Assembly: GCA_934141575.1 (NCBI GenBank)
Contig: CAKPCJ010000004.1
Coordinates: 1 to 62,140, forward strand
Source of the DNA: an uncultured Bacilli bacterium
GTDB lineage: Bacteria > Bacillota_I > Bacilli_A > RF39 > UBA660
DNA: 62,140 bases
Direction: 5' to 3'
Below, piece after piece: positions 18,218-27,921 of this stretch. Each line of letters begins with the position of its first letter. The stretch's first letter is position 1. A program made the position numbers and the translations under genes. A model generated the notes under the pieces. That model did not search any database. It had not been told where the DNA came from and worked only from the letters and a program-made list of their open reading frames with translations.

Positions 18218-19109
18218 AATGATTGGCCATAGTATTAGAGATGGTATTAAAAGTGTATGTAGAAATTTTAGCCTTAGTCTTGCATCTATATCATGTATAA
18301 CAATAACTCTAGTAATAGTAGCAATCGCAATATTAGCATCTTACAATGTTGATAATTTTACAAAATTAATAAAAAAAGATGTAACGGCAGTAGTTTTCTT
18401 GAATACGGATATAACCGAAACTGAAGTGAAACAAGTCGAAACAAAAATCAAAAGAATATCCAATGTTGACACAAGCAGTGTTGAATACGAATCAAAGCAG
18501 CAAATATTAGAAAACTTTAAAGACACATCTGATATTTTACAAAATATAATGAGTTCATGGGAAGATGGAGAAAACCCATTAAAACCTACTTTCCAAGTAA
18601 AAGTAAATGATCTTACAAAAATAAAAGAAACAGTAGATGAAATTAAAAAAATTGATGGCGTAGAAGTTGTAAAATATGGTGAAGGAATGGTAGAAAAGTT
18701 AATAACTACATTTGATGTTGTAGAAAAAATTACATTTGGTGTTGTAATAGCTTTAATATTTGTAACAGCATTCTTAATATCAAATACGATTAAGCTTACA
18801 ATAAGCGCAAGAAAAAGAGAAATTGAAATAATGAGGTTAGTTGGATCATCAAACTTTTTCATAAAATTGCCATTTATTATAGAAGGTTTATTTTTGGGAC
18901 TATTAGGAGCAGTAATTCCAATAGCAGCAACCATTTATGGCTATACATTTTTCTATGACACATTTGAAGGCAATTTATTCTCACCAATAATAAAACTAAT
19001 TTCACCAACTCCATTTGTTTACTTAGTATCATTGTTATTAGCAGGAATAGGAATATTGGTTGGTATGTTTGGAAGTAGTAGAGCAGTAAGGAAATTCTTA
19101 AAAATATGA
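18204..19109 (+). CDS. ftsX: Cell-division permease-like protein FtsX
   Basis: TM1, a large extracytoplasmic loop, then three C-terminal TM helices with RKREIEIMRLVGSSNFFI. Start chosen at MKLFRMIGHSIRDG. Confidence 0.85.
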   Translation: MKLFRMIGHSIRDGIKSVCRNFSLSLASISCITITLVIVAIAILASYNVDNFTKLIKKDVTAVVFLNTDITETEVKQVETKIKRISNVDTSSVEYESKQQILENFKDTSDILQNIMSSWEDGENPLKPTFQVKVNDLTKIKETVDEIKKIDGVEVVKYGEGMVEKLITTFDVVEKITFGVVIALIFVTAFLISNTIKLTISARKREIEIMRLVGSSNFFIKLPFIIEGLFLGLLGAVIPIAATIYGYTFFYDTFEGNLFSPIIKLISPTPFVYLVSLLLAGIGILVGMFGSSRAVRKFLKI

Positions 19110-20305
19110 TGAAAAAAATAGGTTTAATAACATTAACTTTATCACTATTTTTATTACCAATCCAAACAGTTCCAGTAAAAGCCCAAACTTTGCAGCAGGC
19201 TCAAGATGAATTAGCTAAGCTAAAAAAAGATGCTAGCAACAATAGAGCTACAAAAGAAAGATCACAAGCAGAAATATTGCAATTACAACAACAAGTAACT
19301 AAACTATATCAAGATATTGATCAAGCAAAAATAGACATAGAAAATATGACTAAAGAAATAGAACAATTAAATGAAGATATTCAAAAAACAGATGCTGAAA
19401 CAAAAAGTATAGTATCATACTTACAATTATCAAATGGAAATTCAGCTTACCTAGAATACGCATTTGGAGCAGAATCAATAACAGATTTCATATACAGAGT
19501 AGCCATTGTAGAGCAAATTGGCGAATATAATAACAATGCAATAACAAGTATGAATAATAAAATTGTTGAAAATAAAAATAAACAAGTAGAATTGAGTAAA
19601 AAACAAGTAGAAATGAATGAAAAAATAAAGACATCAACAGAAAGACAATTAGAATTGAATCAATACACAAAAGACTTGGATGAAACGTACACAGATATCG
19701 CAACGGACATTCAAAAGAAAGAAGATTTAATTAACTATGCTAAGAAAAAAGGATGTTCTGCAAATGATGAGTTAGCAACTTGTACAGGACAACTACCATA
19801 TAATACAAAATTTATAAGACCACTTACTAGTGGAAGAATATCAAGTAACTTTGGAGCAAGAAATTTAAGTGTGGCAAGTAGTAGTTTCCACTATGGGATA
19901 GATATTGCAGCATCAGCTGGAACAAATGTATACGCACCAGCAGATGGTATAGTAACAGCAGTAGAATGGAATAATTGTGCAGGAAATACCCTATATATAG
20001 TCCATAATATAGGAGGTAAATATTATACGACATACTATGCACATTTAAGCAAAGTTAATGTTAGTGTAGGGCAAACAGTATATACAAATACAATAATAGC
20101 AAAAGTTGGAAATACAGGAAGCTGTACAACTGGAGCCCACTTGCATTTTACAATAACAACAAAGGCAAGATATGTAACAGCGGGAATGTATGGCATACCA
20201 GCAAGTCAAGTATATTACTCATACAGAGACTTGACAATAAATGCTATTAACCCAAGAAATATGGTTTCATTTCCTGAAGTTGGAGGAGCCTTTAGCTCAA
20301 GGTAA
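19106..20305 (+). CDS. Secreted coiled-coil + M23 peptidoglycan hydrolase (EnvC/PcsB-like FtsEX partner)
   Basis: Signal peptide and about 200 aa of heptad-rich Q/E/K sequence. The M23 motifs are intact: FHYGIDIAA, YYAHLSKV, GAHLHFTI. ATGA overlap with ftsX. Confidence 0.8.
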   Translation: MMKKIGLITLTLSLFLLPIQTVPVKAQTLQQAQDELAKLKKDASNNRATKERSQAEILQLQQQVTKLYQDIDQAKIDIENMTKEIEQLNEDIQKTDAETKSIVSYLQLSNGNSAYLEYAFGAESITDFIYRVAIVEQIGEYNNNAITSMNNKIVENKNKQVELSKKQVEMNEKIKTSTERQLELNQYTKDLDETYTDIATDIQKKEDLINYAKKKGCSANDELATCTGQLPYNTKFIRPLTSGRISSNFGARNLSVASSSFHYGIDIAASAGTNVYAPADGIVTAVEWNNCAGNTLYIVHNIGGKYYTTYYAHLSKVNVSVGQTVYTNTIIAKVGNTGSCTTGAHLHFTITTKARYVTAGMYGIPASQVYYSYRDLTINAINPRNMVSFPEVGGAFSSR

Positions 20306-20354
20306 TCCTCTTTTTTTTATATGAAAAACATGATAAAATGTAAATGGTGATTTT

Positions 20355-21149
20355 ATGAACTTAGATAAAAATTTTAAATTTAAGAAAAAATATGGTCAAA
20401 ATTTTTTAAAAGATCAGTCAATAATAAATAAAATAGTGTCAGAAAGTAAAATTGATAAAGATACTTTAATAATTGAGATAGGACCGGGTAGTGGAGTTTT
20501 GACAAAACAAATGGCTCCACTAGCAGGACAAGTAATATCCTTCGAAATTGATGAAACATTACAAGAAACATTGAATAGTAATTTATCAAAAAATGATAAT
20601 GTAAAAATTGTATACAAAGATTTTTTAAAAATAGATATAATGGAAGAAATAAAAGAATATAACTATAAAAAAATATACGTAGTAGCAAATCTTCCATATT
20701 ATATTACAACACCAATAATAAATAAAATAATTGATTCAAAAATAAATATTGATAAAATAGTAGTAATGGTTCAAAAAGAAGTTGGAGATAGATTTTGTGC
20801 AAAACCAGGTTGTAAGGAATATGGATCAATAACTGTATATTTAAATTATTACTTTAACATAAAGAAAATAGTAAATGTACCACGAAAAGCATTTATACCT
20901 GAACCAAATGTTGATAGTGTTGTAATAGAAATGTCAAAAACAGACAAAAAATATAAAGTTAACGAGGAAGTATTATTTAAGTTAATAAAGAATGCATTTC
21001 AATTTAAGAGAAAAAATTTAAATAACAACCTAAAATCATATAAAGATATATCAAATATATTTAGTGAACTTAATTTATCACTATCAAAAAGAGCAGAAGA
21101 ATTAGAGTTAAAGGATTATATTAATATTGCAAATAGACTATCAAATTAG
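20355..21149 (+). CDS. rsmA: 16S rRNA (adenine1518/1519-N6)-dimethyltransferase
   Basis: KKYGQNFL, EIGPGSGVLT and VANLPYYITTP. Confidence 0.9.
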   Translation: MNLDKNFKFKKKYGQNFLKDQSIINKIVSESKIDKDTLIIEIGPGSGVLTKQMAPLAGQVISFEIDETLQETLNSNLSKNDNVKIVYKDFLKIDIMEEIKEYNYKKIYVVANLPYYITTPIINKIIDSKINIDKIVVMVQKEVGDRFCAKPGCKEYGSITVYLNYYFNIKKIVNVPRKAFIPEPNVDSVVIEMSKTDKKYKVNEEVLFKLIKNAFQFKRKNLNNNLKSYKDISNIFSELNLSLSKRAEELELKDYINIANRLSN

Positions 21150-21191
21150 TCTATTTTATTTTTTAAATCATATACTTAAGTGGTGATAATT

Positions 21192-21980
21192 ATGGAATAT
21201 AGAATAGGTGAACTAGTTACAAGAAAATCATATAATCACGACACAGTATTTAAAATAGAACAAATTAGAGGAAATGAGGCATTACTAAAAGGGGTCAACA
21301 TGAGATTGTACGCAGATGCTGACCTAAGCGATTTAACAGAATATAAGGAAATGGAAGATGAAGTAAAAAAAGAAGATGAAAATTTCATAGACAAAATAAA
21401 AAGTTTTTTTAATAGAGATAGAAATGAATATTTTTACCTTCCAGGCAAAGTATTGCATATTGACGGTGATAGAGATTACTTAGAAAGATGTTTGAAATTT
21501 TATAAAGAATCTAACATTTTAGCATATGGAATATACTCAAAAGAATCAGAACTTCCTAAAAATATAAGAAAATATTTGGAAGATATAAATCCAGATATAC
21601 TAGTAATTACCGGACATGATGCATACTATAAAAAACAAGATATAAATAACCTAAATAGTTATAAAAACAGTTACAATTTTGTAAATTCAGTAAAAGAAGC
21701 AAGAAAATATGAAAAAGCTCATGACAAACTTATAATCATAGCAGGTGCTTGCCAATCAGATTATGAAGAATTAATAAGAGCAGGGGCAAATTTTGCATCA
21801 AGTCCCAAAAGAATAAATATTCATGCACTAGACCCTGCTATAGTAGCATCATCAATAGGGTTATCAGATAGAAGTGAGGACATAGATTTACTTGGAATAC
21901 TTGAAAAAACAAAATATGGAAAAGATGGAATTGGAGGAATAAAAACAAGAGGAACGATGTACATAGGTTATCCTAGATAG
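21192..21980 (+). CDS. yabG: Sporulation-specific protease YabG
   Basis: Sits between ksgA/rsmA and veg as in Bacillus. Contains ILVITGHDAY and IIIAGACQSDYE. Start is the ATG at 21192, after GGTGAT. Confidence 0.8.
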   Translation: MEYRIGELVTRKSYNHDTVFKIEQIRGNEALLKGVNMRLYADADLSDLTEYKEMEDEVKKEDENFIDKIKSFFNRDRNEYFYLPGKVLHIDGDRDYLERCLKFYKESNILAYGIYSKESELPKNIRKYLEDINPDILVITGHDAYYKKQDINNLNSYKNSYNFVNSVKEARKYEKAHDKLIIIAGACQSDYEELIRAGANFASSPKRINIHALDPAIVASSIGLSDRSEDIDLLGILEKTKYGKDGIGGIKTRGTMYIGYPR

Positions 21981-21987
21981 GAGGATT

Positions 21988-22209
21988 ATGATGATAGAAA
22001 AAATTAAAAACAATATGAAAGACCATATAGGTGAAGAAATAAAATTAAAATTCAATGGAAGTAGAAACAAAACCGAATATTACAATGCTATTTTGAAAGA
22101 TGTTTATAATAGCGTATTTACAGTTCAAATAAAAAATGATTATAACGAAGTCAAATCATTTAGCTATAAAGATATATTAACAAATACTCTTGAAATAAGC
22201 TTTAGATAA
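21988..22209 (+). CDS. veg: Veg protein (DUF1021)
   Basis: 73 aa with IKNNMKDHIGEEIKLKFNGSRNK...VFTV...SFSYKDILT. Conserved yabG-veg order. Confidence 0.85.
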   Translation: MMIEKIKNNMKDHIGEEIKLKFNGSRNKTEYYNAILKDVYNSVFTVQIKNDYNEVKSFSYKDILTNTLEISFR

Positions 22210-22241
22210 AAGTAAAAAATGATTTACTTTTGTTTTTTTTT
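22208..22241 (+). terminator. Rho-independent terminator of veg
   Basis: AAAAGTAAA-aaatga-TTTACTTTT followed by GTTTTTTTTT. Confidence 0.75.
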
Positions 22242-22325
22242 CTGCTATAATACATAAGCGAGTACGAAGTGCTCCTTGCTTATTCTAGAAATAAGCCTAT
22301 AGACCAAAAGGAGGTGTAAGAGATT

Positions 22326-22616
22326 ATGACAAACTATGAAATTATGTTTATCGTAAATCCTAATTTAGAAGAAGATTCTATAAAGAATGTGGTAGAAAGC
22401 TTAAAAAAAGTTTTAACTGATAATAAAGCTGAAATCACTGAAGTAAAAGAAATGGGTCGTCGTGAATTAGCATACGAAATAAATAAATTCAAAGCTGGAT
22501 TCTATTATTTATTCTATACAAAAGCATCTGCATCAGCAATAAAAGAATTTGATCACAGTGCTAGTATGAATGAAGATATTATACGTCATTTAATTATCAA
22601 CTTAGACAAAGAATAG
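22326..22616 (+). CDS. rpsF: 30S ribosomal protein S6
   Basis: MTNYEIMFIVNPNLEE...GRRELAYEINK, with a strong AAAGGAGGTG ribosome-binding site. Confidence 0.95.
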   Translation: MTNYEIMFIVNPNLEEDSIKNVVESLKKVLTDNKAEITEVKEMGRRELAYEINKFKAGFYYLFYTKASASAIKEFDHSASMNEDIIRHLIINLDKE

Positions 22617-22626
22617 GAGATTTTAT

Positions 22627-23082
22627 ATGAATAGAGTATCGCTAATAGGAAGACTTACAAGAGATCCAGAGTTGAGATATACGCCGAGCAACGTAGCAAC
22701 ATGCTCATTTACAATAGCAGTAAATAGAACGTATACAAATCAAGATGGACAAAGAGAAGCTGATTTTATACCAATAGTAATTTGGAGAAAACAAGCTGAA
22801 AATGTTAAAAACTATACAAAAAAAGGTGATTTAGTAGCTGTTGAAGGAAGAATTCAAACTAGAAGTTACACTGCAAACGATAACACAAAACGTTACGTAA
22901 CAGAAGTAATCGCAGATAATGTACAATTTTTAACACCAAAAGGTGGAAGCCAATCTCAAAATGTAGATTCTACATATAATGATTTTCAACCATCAAATAA
23001 TGTACCAACAATGGACTTACCAGAAGATCCATATGCAGATTTTGGTACAAATATTGAATTAACAGACGATTTACCATTTTAA
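22627..23082 (+). CDS. ssb: Single-stranded DNA-binding protein
   Basis: MNRVSLIGRLTRDPELRYT OB-fold and a C-terminal acidic tip, DDLPF. Confidence 0.95.
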   Translation: MNRVSLIGRLTRDPELRYTPSNVATCSFTIAVNRTYTNQDGQREADFIPIVIWRKQAENVKNYTKKGDLVAVEGRIQTRSYTANDNTKRYVTEVIADNVQFLTPKGGSQSQNVDSTYNDFQPSNNVPTMDLPEDPYADFGTNIELTDDLPF

Positions 23083-23098
23083 AAAAGGAGGGATTTAA

Positions 23099-23317
23099 AT
23101 GGCAGATTTTTATCGCAAAAAGAAAAAGGTTTGTCAATTATGTGCAGGTAAAACCCTTAATTATAAAGATGTAGAAATAATTAAAAGATTTTATATAAAT
23201 GAAAAGGGAAAAATGTTGCCAAGAAGAGCAACAGGTGCTTGCCAATTACATCAAAGACAAATAGCAAAACAAATTAAAAGAGCTCGTTTTATGGCTTTAA
23301 TACCATTTGTTTCATAA
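23099..23317 (+). CDS. rpsR: 30S ribosomal protein S18
   Basis: YKDVEIIKRF...LPRRATGACQLHQRQIAKQIKRAR. Confidence 0.95.
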   Translation: MADFYRKKKKVCQLCAGKTLNYKDVEIIKRFYINEKGKMLPRRATGACQLHQRQIAKQIKRARFMALIPFVS

Positions 23318-23345
23318 GATATACAAAAGTATATCTTTTTTTTTA
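23316..23345 (+). terminator. Rho-independent terminator of rpsF-ssb-rpsR
   Basis: AAGATATAC-aaaa-GTATATCTT followed by a T-run. Confidence 0.85.
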
Positions 23346-23395
23346 TTTATTGGACTTATAAAACAATTTATAGTATAATAATCTCGGTGATAAAT

Positions 23396-23836
23396 ATGAA
23401 AGTAATATTTATAGAAGATGTAAGAAAACAAGGTAAAAAGGGAGAAATTAAAGAAGTTAGTGATGGATATGCAAAAAACTTCCTTATAAAAAATAAATTA
23501 GCGGTTATGTATACACAAGGTAGTTTAGATAAGCTAAATAAACAAAATCAAGAAAAAAGAGAAAAAGAAGAAGAAGAAATAAAGAAAGCAAAACAAACAA
23601 AAGAAAAACTAGAAAAAGAAAAATTAATATTTGAAGTAAGTGTTGGAAAACAAGGAAAGATATTTGGATCTGTATCTAGTAAACAAATTCATGAAAAACT
23701 ATTATCAATGGGATATGATATTGATAAGAAAAAAATAAAAGTTGATAATGAAATGTTTTTAGGGGATAACACTATTAAAATAGAACTACATAAAACGGTT
23801 ATTTGTGAATTGAAAATAACTTTGATTAGTAAGTAG
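23396..23836 (+). CDS. rplI: 50S ribosomal protein L9
   Basis: MKVIFIEDVRKQGKKGEIKEVSDGYAKNFL. The ATG at 23396 follows GGTGA. Confidence 0.9.
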   Translation: MKVIFIEDVRKQGKKGEIKEVSDGYAKNFLIKNKLAVMYTQGSLDKLNKQNQEKREKEEEEIKKAKQTKEKLEKEKLIFEVSVGKQGKIFGSVSSKQIHEKLLSMGYDIDKKKIKVDNEMFLGDNTIKIELHKTVICELKITLISK

Positions 23837-23843
23837 GTGTAAT

Positions 23844-25184
23844 ATGGCAGAAAAGAAAATGCCTCACAATATAGATGCTGAAATGTCAGTATTAGGCGCA
23901 ATGTTTTTATCAAAGTACGCTATTCAAAGAGCATGTGAAGAATTAACTTCAGATTCTTTTTATTTAGAACCACATGCAAGAATATTTGAAGTTCTAAAAA
24001 GCATGACTGATAAAAATATTCCAATAGACATAACGACAGTAACAAATGAATTAGAAAATAGAAAACTTTTAGGAAATATTGGGGGAGTAGAATACTTAAG
24101 TGAAATTTTAAACTATGTACCAAGTGCAGCTAATGTTGAATCATATATTAAAATTGTTCAAGAAAAAGCTCTAAGAAGAGTGCTTGCAGATAAAGCTTCA
24201 GAAATAGCAACACTATGTTACGATGATGACGGTGATGTTAATGAGATATTAGATGAAGCTGAACAAAAAATATATAGTGTAAGCAAAGAAAGAAAAGCAT
24301 CAGAATTTAAGACAATTGGTGAAGTTTTAAATAAATTTCACAGTGACTTAGAGCAATTGTCTAAAAACCAAAGTGATATAACAGGATTAGCCTCAGGATT
24401 TACAGATTTAGATAAATTAACAAGCGGTTTCCATGAGAATGAACTAATAATCATAGCGGCTCGTCCATCAGTAGGTAAAACTGCTTTTGCACTCAATGTT
24501 GCCACAAATATAGCCAGAAATACTGATAAAGCAGTAGCGTTATTCAGTCTAGAAATGGGACCGGAACAATTAGTAAGTCGTATGATAAGCATGGTTGGAT
24601 CAGTAGAAGGTAAAAAATTAACAACAGGAAGACTTGAACACAAAGATTGGTTAAAAGTTGGAGAAGCAATGAGTATATTAGCAGACACAAACATCTATAT
24701 AAATGATTCTTCATCCATAACGATAGGCGAATTAAGAGCACAATGCCGTAGATTAGCATCATCACCCAAAGGCTTAGCAATAGTAATAATCGATTATTTA
24801 CAATTAATAAGTGGTGGTGGAAAATACGCTGGAAATAGACAACAAGAAGTTTCGGATATTTCACGTTCATTAAAAGCAATGGCAATGGAATTAAATGTAC
24901 CAGTAATAGCACTTGCACAACTATCGCGTTCTGTTGAACAACGTAAGGAAGATAAAAGGCCAATATTGAGCGATTTAAGAGAATCTGGATCAATAGAACA
25001 AGATGCAGATATAGTAGCTTTCCTTCATAGAGATGACTATCAGAATGTTGCACCAGAAGTTGATACAAGTGATATAAGTGAAATAGAACTTATAATAAGA
25101 AAACATCGTAATGGTCCAATAGATACAGTTAATTTAATATTCCAAAAAAACATAAATAAGTTTGTTAACCAAAGTTTAAACTAA
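23844..25184 (+). CDS. dnaB: Replicative DNA helicase (DnaB family; DnaC in Bacillus nomenclature)
   Basis: PHNIDAEMSVLGAMF, Walker A ARPSVGKTAFALN, IIDYLQLI, ALAQLSRSVEQR and RESGSIEQDAD. Confidence 0.95.
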   Translation: MAEKKMPHNIDAEMSVLGAMFLSKYAIQRACEELTSDSFYLEPHARIFEVLKSMTDKNIPIDITTVTNELENRKLLGNIGGVEYLSEILNYVPSAANVESYIKIVQEKALRRVLADKASEIATLCYDDDGDVNEILDEAEQKIYSVSKERKASEFKTIGEVLNKFHSDLEQLSKNQSDITGLASGFTDLDKLTSGFHENELIIIAARPSVGKTAFALNVATNIARNTDKAVALFSLEMGPEQLVSRMISMVGSVEGKKLTTGRLEHKDWLKVGEAMSILADTNIYINDSSSITIGELRAQCRRLASSPKGLAIVIIDYLQLISGGGKYAGNRQQEVSDISRSLKAMAMELNVPVIALAQLSRSVEQRKEDKRPILSDLRESGSIEQDADIVAFLHRDDYQNVAPEVDTSDISEIELIIRKHRNGPIDTVNLIFQKNINKFVNQSLN

Positions 25185-25204
25185 AAAAGAATTAGGGTGT
25201 TGCA

Positions 25205-26665
25205 ATGAATAAAAAAATAAGTATACCAATAATAATATTAGTAATAATTATTTCTGGGTTATCTATTTTCTTAGGATTTAATGAATACAATGCTGAACCA
25301 GTAAGTTTATACCAAGTTACTTTAAATGGTGAAGTTATTGGCCTAATTGAATCTAAAGATGATTTGGATAGATATATAGATCAAGAACAAACAGAATTGA
25401 AGGAAAAATATAATACAAAAGTATATGCCCCAAATGGTTTGGAAGTTGAAAAAATATATGTATATAATCCAAAAGTGTCAACTACAAAAGAAATATATGA
25501 ATATATAAAAGACAAAGAACCATTTACGGTAAAAGGTTATAAAATAACTATAAAAAAATCTGATGATACAGAGCTAGTAATAAACGTATTAGATAAAAGT
25601 CAATTTGAAAATGCAGTAGACAAAGTTATTAAAGCGTTCGTATCAGAAACAGATTACAATAATTATATAAATAATACCCAAGCTGAAATAAAAACAACAG
25701 GTAAAAAAATAGAAAATATAACTATACTTGAGGATATTAAAATAAAGGAAAGTTTAATATCAACAGATGAGTTAATATTCACTGATGAAAATGAACTAAA
25801 TAAGTATATGCTTTTTGGTACGACTGAAGATCAAGAAAAATATATAGTAAAATCTGGTGATACAATAGACGATATATCAAACAACTTTAAATTAAACCCA
25901 GCAGAGTTTTTAGTAGCAAATCCAGAATATACAAGCTCATCAAATATGTTATATGAAGGAGCAGAAGTCGTAATTGGTTTGATAAATCCACAAATTCAAA
26001 TAGCAGAATATGACCACGTAGTAGAAGATAAAATTAAGGATTATCAAACAGAAGTGCAATATGATTATAATAAACCTGTTGGATATCAAGAAACTATAAG
26101 AGAGGGTTCAAATGGTAAAGAAAGAATAACTCAAAAACGTGAAATTGTTAATGGTGAAGTTACAAAAGTATACCCAGTATCAACAGAAACACTGGAACCA
26201 TCAATAAACAAAATAATCGTAAAGGGTAAAAGAGTTTATACAAATTCAAACATAGTTGGTGACTCATCTATTTGGACATGGCCAACAAACTCAGGATATT
26301 ATATAAGTAGTAGATATGCATGGCGTTGGGGAAGACTTCATGCAGGCATTGATATTACAGGTACAGGACGTGGCTCACCAGTGTATGTAGTAAACGATGG
26401 AGTAGTAACCAAAGTAGGATATGATAAGACACTTGGAAAATATATTGAAGTTAACCATAACAATGGTATATATACAGTATATGAGCACTTAGATGCACAA
26501 TATGTTTCAGTAGGCCAAACAGTATATCGTGGTCAAACAATAGGAGCAATGGGTAATACAGGATACTCAACAGGAACACACTTACATATAGGATTCTGGA
26601 ATGGTCCATCAAATACTTCGAGATCTCAATCATTTAATCCTTGTAACTTCTTAAAGTGCCGTTAA
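25205..26665 (+). CDS. Membrane-anchored LysM + G5 + M23 peptidoglycan hydrolase
   Basis: N-terminal TM helix, LysM (YIVKSGDTIDDISNNFKL), G5 (ETIREGSNGKERITQKREIVNGEV...KIIVKGKR), and intact M23 motifs (LHAGIDITG, VYEHLDAQ, GTHLHIGF). Confidence 0.8.
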   Translation: MNKKISIPIIILVIIISGLSIFLGFNEYNAEPVSLYQVTLNGEVIGLIESKDDLDRYIDQEQTELKEKYNTKVYAPNGLEVEKIYVYNPKVSTTKEIYEYIKDKEPFTVKGYKITIKKSDDTELVINVLDKSQFENAVDKVIKAFVSETDYNNYINNTQAEIKTTGKKIENITILEDIKIKESLISTDELIFTDENELNKYMLFGTTEDQEKYIVKSGDTIDDISNNFKLNPAEFLVANPEYTSSSNMLYEGAEVVIGLINPQIQIAEYDHVVEDKIKDYQTEVQYDYNKPVGYQETIREGSNGKERITQKREIVNGEVTKVYPVSTETLEPSINKIIVKGKRVYTNSNIVGDSSIWTWPTNSGYYISSRYAWRWGRLHAGIDITGTGRGSPVYVVNDGVVTKVGYDKTLGKYIEVNHNNGIYTVYEHLDAQYVSVGQTVYRGQTIGAMGNTGYSTGTHLHIGFWNGPSNTSRSQSFNPCNFLKCR

Positions 26666-27426
26666 TGAAAGTAGCAACTTTAGCAAGTGGATCAACAGGA
26701 AATTCTAGTATTATAGAATATAATAATACTAGAATTTTAGTTGATATAGGAATAACAACTAAAAATATAGAAGAAAAGTTACAAGAATTAGATATAAATC
26801 CAGGAGATATAAATGCAATATTAATAACACATACACATGTGGACCATGTAAAAGGATTAAAAACATTCATAAAAAAATATAAACCAGTAGTATTCCTATC
26901 AAAAGAAATGAAAAAAGAATTAGATTATGTAAGTGATTATTCAATATATGAGGATGAAAATAGAGTTGGTGATATAGAATTTGAGGTATTCAAAACATCT
27001 CACGATACATACTCTGTTGGATTTGTTATAAAACTTGGAAATGATGAAATAGTATATATTACAGATACAGGATATATAAATTCTAAATATTACAATAAAT
27101 TAAAAAATAAACAAATATATATATTCGAAAGTAATCACGATATAGAAATGCTAGAACAAGGAAATTACCCATATCATCTAAAACAAAGAATACTAAGTGA
27201 TGAAGGCCACTTATCAAATAGAGATTCCTCATATTATCTTTCCAAATATTTAATAGGCCCAAATACTAAAGAAGTAATATTAATTCACTTAAGCAAAGAA
27301 AATAATACAGAAGAGTTAGCAATAAATGCTTTAAAAGAAGCATTGCAAAAAGAAAATAAAAGCTTTAGCAACATAAAAGTAGCAAAAGAAAAAGATACAG
27401 TAATAGTCGAGGAAGCACCATGCTAA
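26665..27426 (+). CDS. MBL-fold metallo-hydrolase (YycJ/WalJ-like)
   Basis: MKVATLASGSTGNS and ILITHTHVDHVKG (HxHxDH). TAATG overlap with the upstream gene. Confidence 0.8.
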   Translation: MKVATLASGSTGNSSIIEYNNTRILVDIGITTKNIEEKLQELDINPGDINAILITHTHVDHVKGLKTFIKKYKPVVFLSKEMKKELDYVSDYSIYEDENRVGDIEFEVFKTSHDTYSVGFVIKLGNDEIVYITDTGYINSKYYNKLKNKQIYIFESNHDIEMLEQGNYPYHLKQRILSDEGHLSNRDSSYYLSKYLIGPNTKEVILIHLSKENNTEELAINALKEALQKENKSFSNIKVAKEKDTVIVEEAPC

Positions 27427-27857
27427 AAATAATATGTATTGGGAAAATAAAGAAAGATTACGTAAAAGAAGGAATAAAAGACTACAAAACAAGATTATCA
27501 AAATATACGAAATTAGAAATAATAGAGTTACAAGATGATAATATGGAAAATGAAGCAGATAGAATACTAAAACATATAGAAGATAAAAGCTATATAATAA
27601 CTTTAGACATAGATGGAAAAATGATCACATCAATAGAATTTTCAAATAAAATAAAAGAGTTAAATACATATGGTAATAGTGACATAACATTTATAATTGG
27701 TGGTTCGGACGGATTATCAAAAAGGGTAAAAGAAAAATCAAATTTTGCCTTATCATTTTCAAAAATGACATTTCCACATCAATTGTTTAGAGTAGTATTG
27801 CTAGAACAAATATATAGAGCATATAAAATAATAAATAACGAACAATATCATAAATAA
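27420..27857 (+). CDS. rlmH: 23S rRNA (pseudouridine1915-N3)-methyltransferase (SPOUT)
   Basis: MLKIICIGKIKKDYVKEGIKDY...FIIGGSDGL...LSFSKMTFPHQLFRVVLLEQIYRA. Confidence 0.9.
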   Translation: MLKIICIGKIKKDYVKEGIKDYKTRLSKYTKLEIIELQDDNMENEADRILKHIEDKSYIITLDIDGKMITSIEFSNKIKELNTYGNSDITFIIGGSDGLSKRVKEKSNFALSFSKMTFPHQLFRVVLLEQIYRAYKIINNEQYHK

Positions 27858-27875
27858 GTGATATTGTTTTTTTTA
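27841..27875 (+). terminator. Rho-independent terminator of rlmH
   Basis: AACAATATCA-taaataag-TGATATTGTT followed by TTTTTTT. The hairpin spans the stop codon. Confidence 0.85.
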
Positions 27876-27921
27876 TCCACATTAAAAAAATAATCAAACA
27901 TAAAATTAACTAGGTGATTAT

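Noticed and set aside
718-19000. Long antisense ORFs listed in the track: 718..1224, 1643..2107, 6411..6968, 7050..7316, 14837..15304, 16401..16706, 17782..18132 and 18341..18934.
   Set aside because: Each lies wholly inside a confidently identified gene on the other strand (fba, murA, mreB, agrC, agrB, ftsE, ftsX). Each translates to low-complexity hydrophobic sequence with no motifs.
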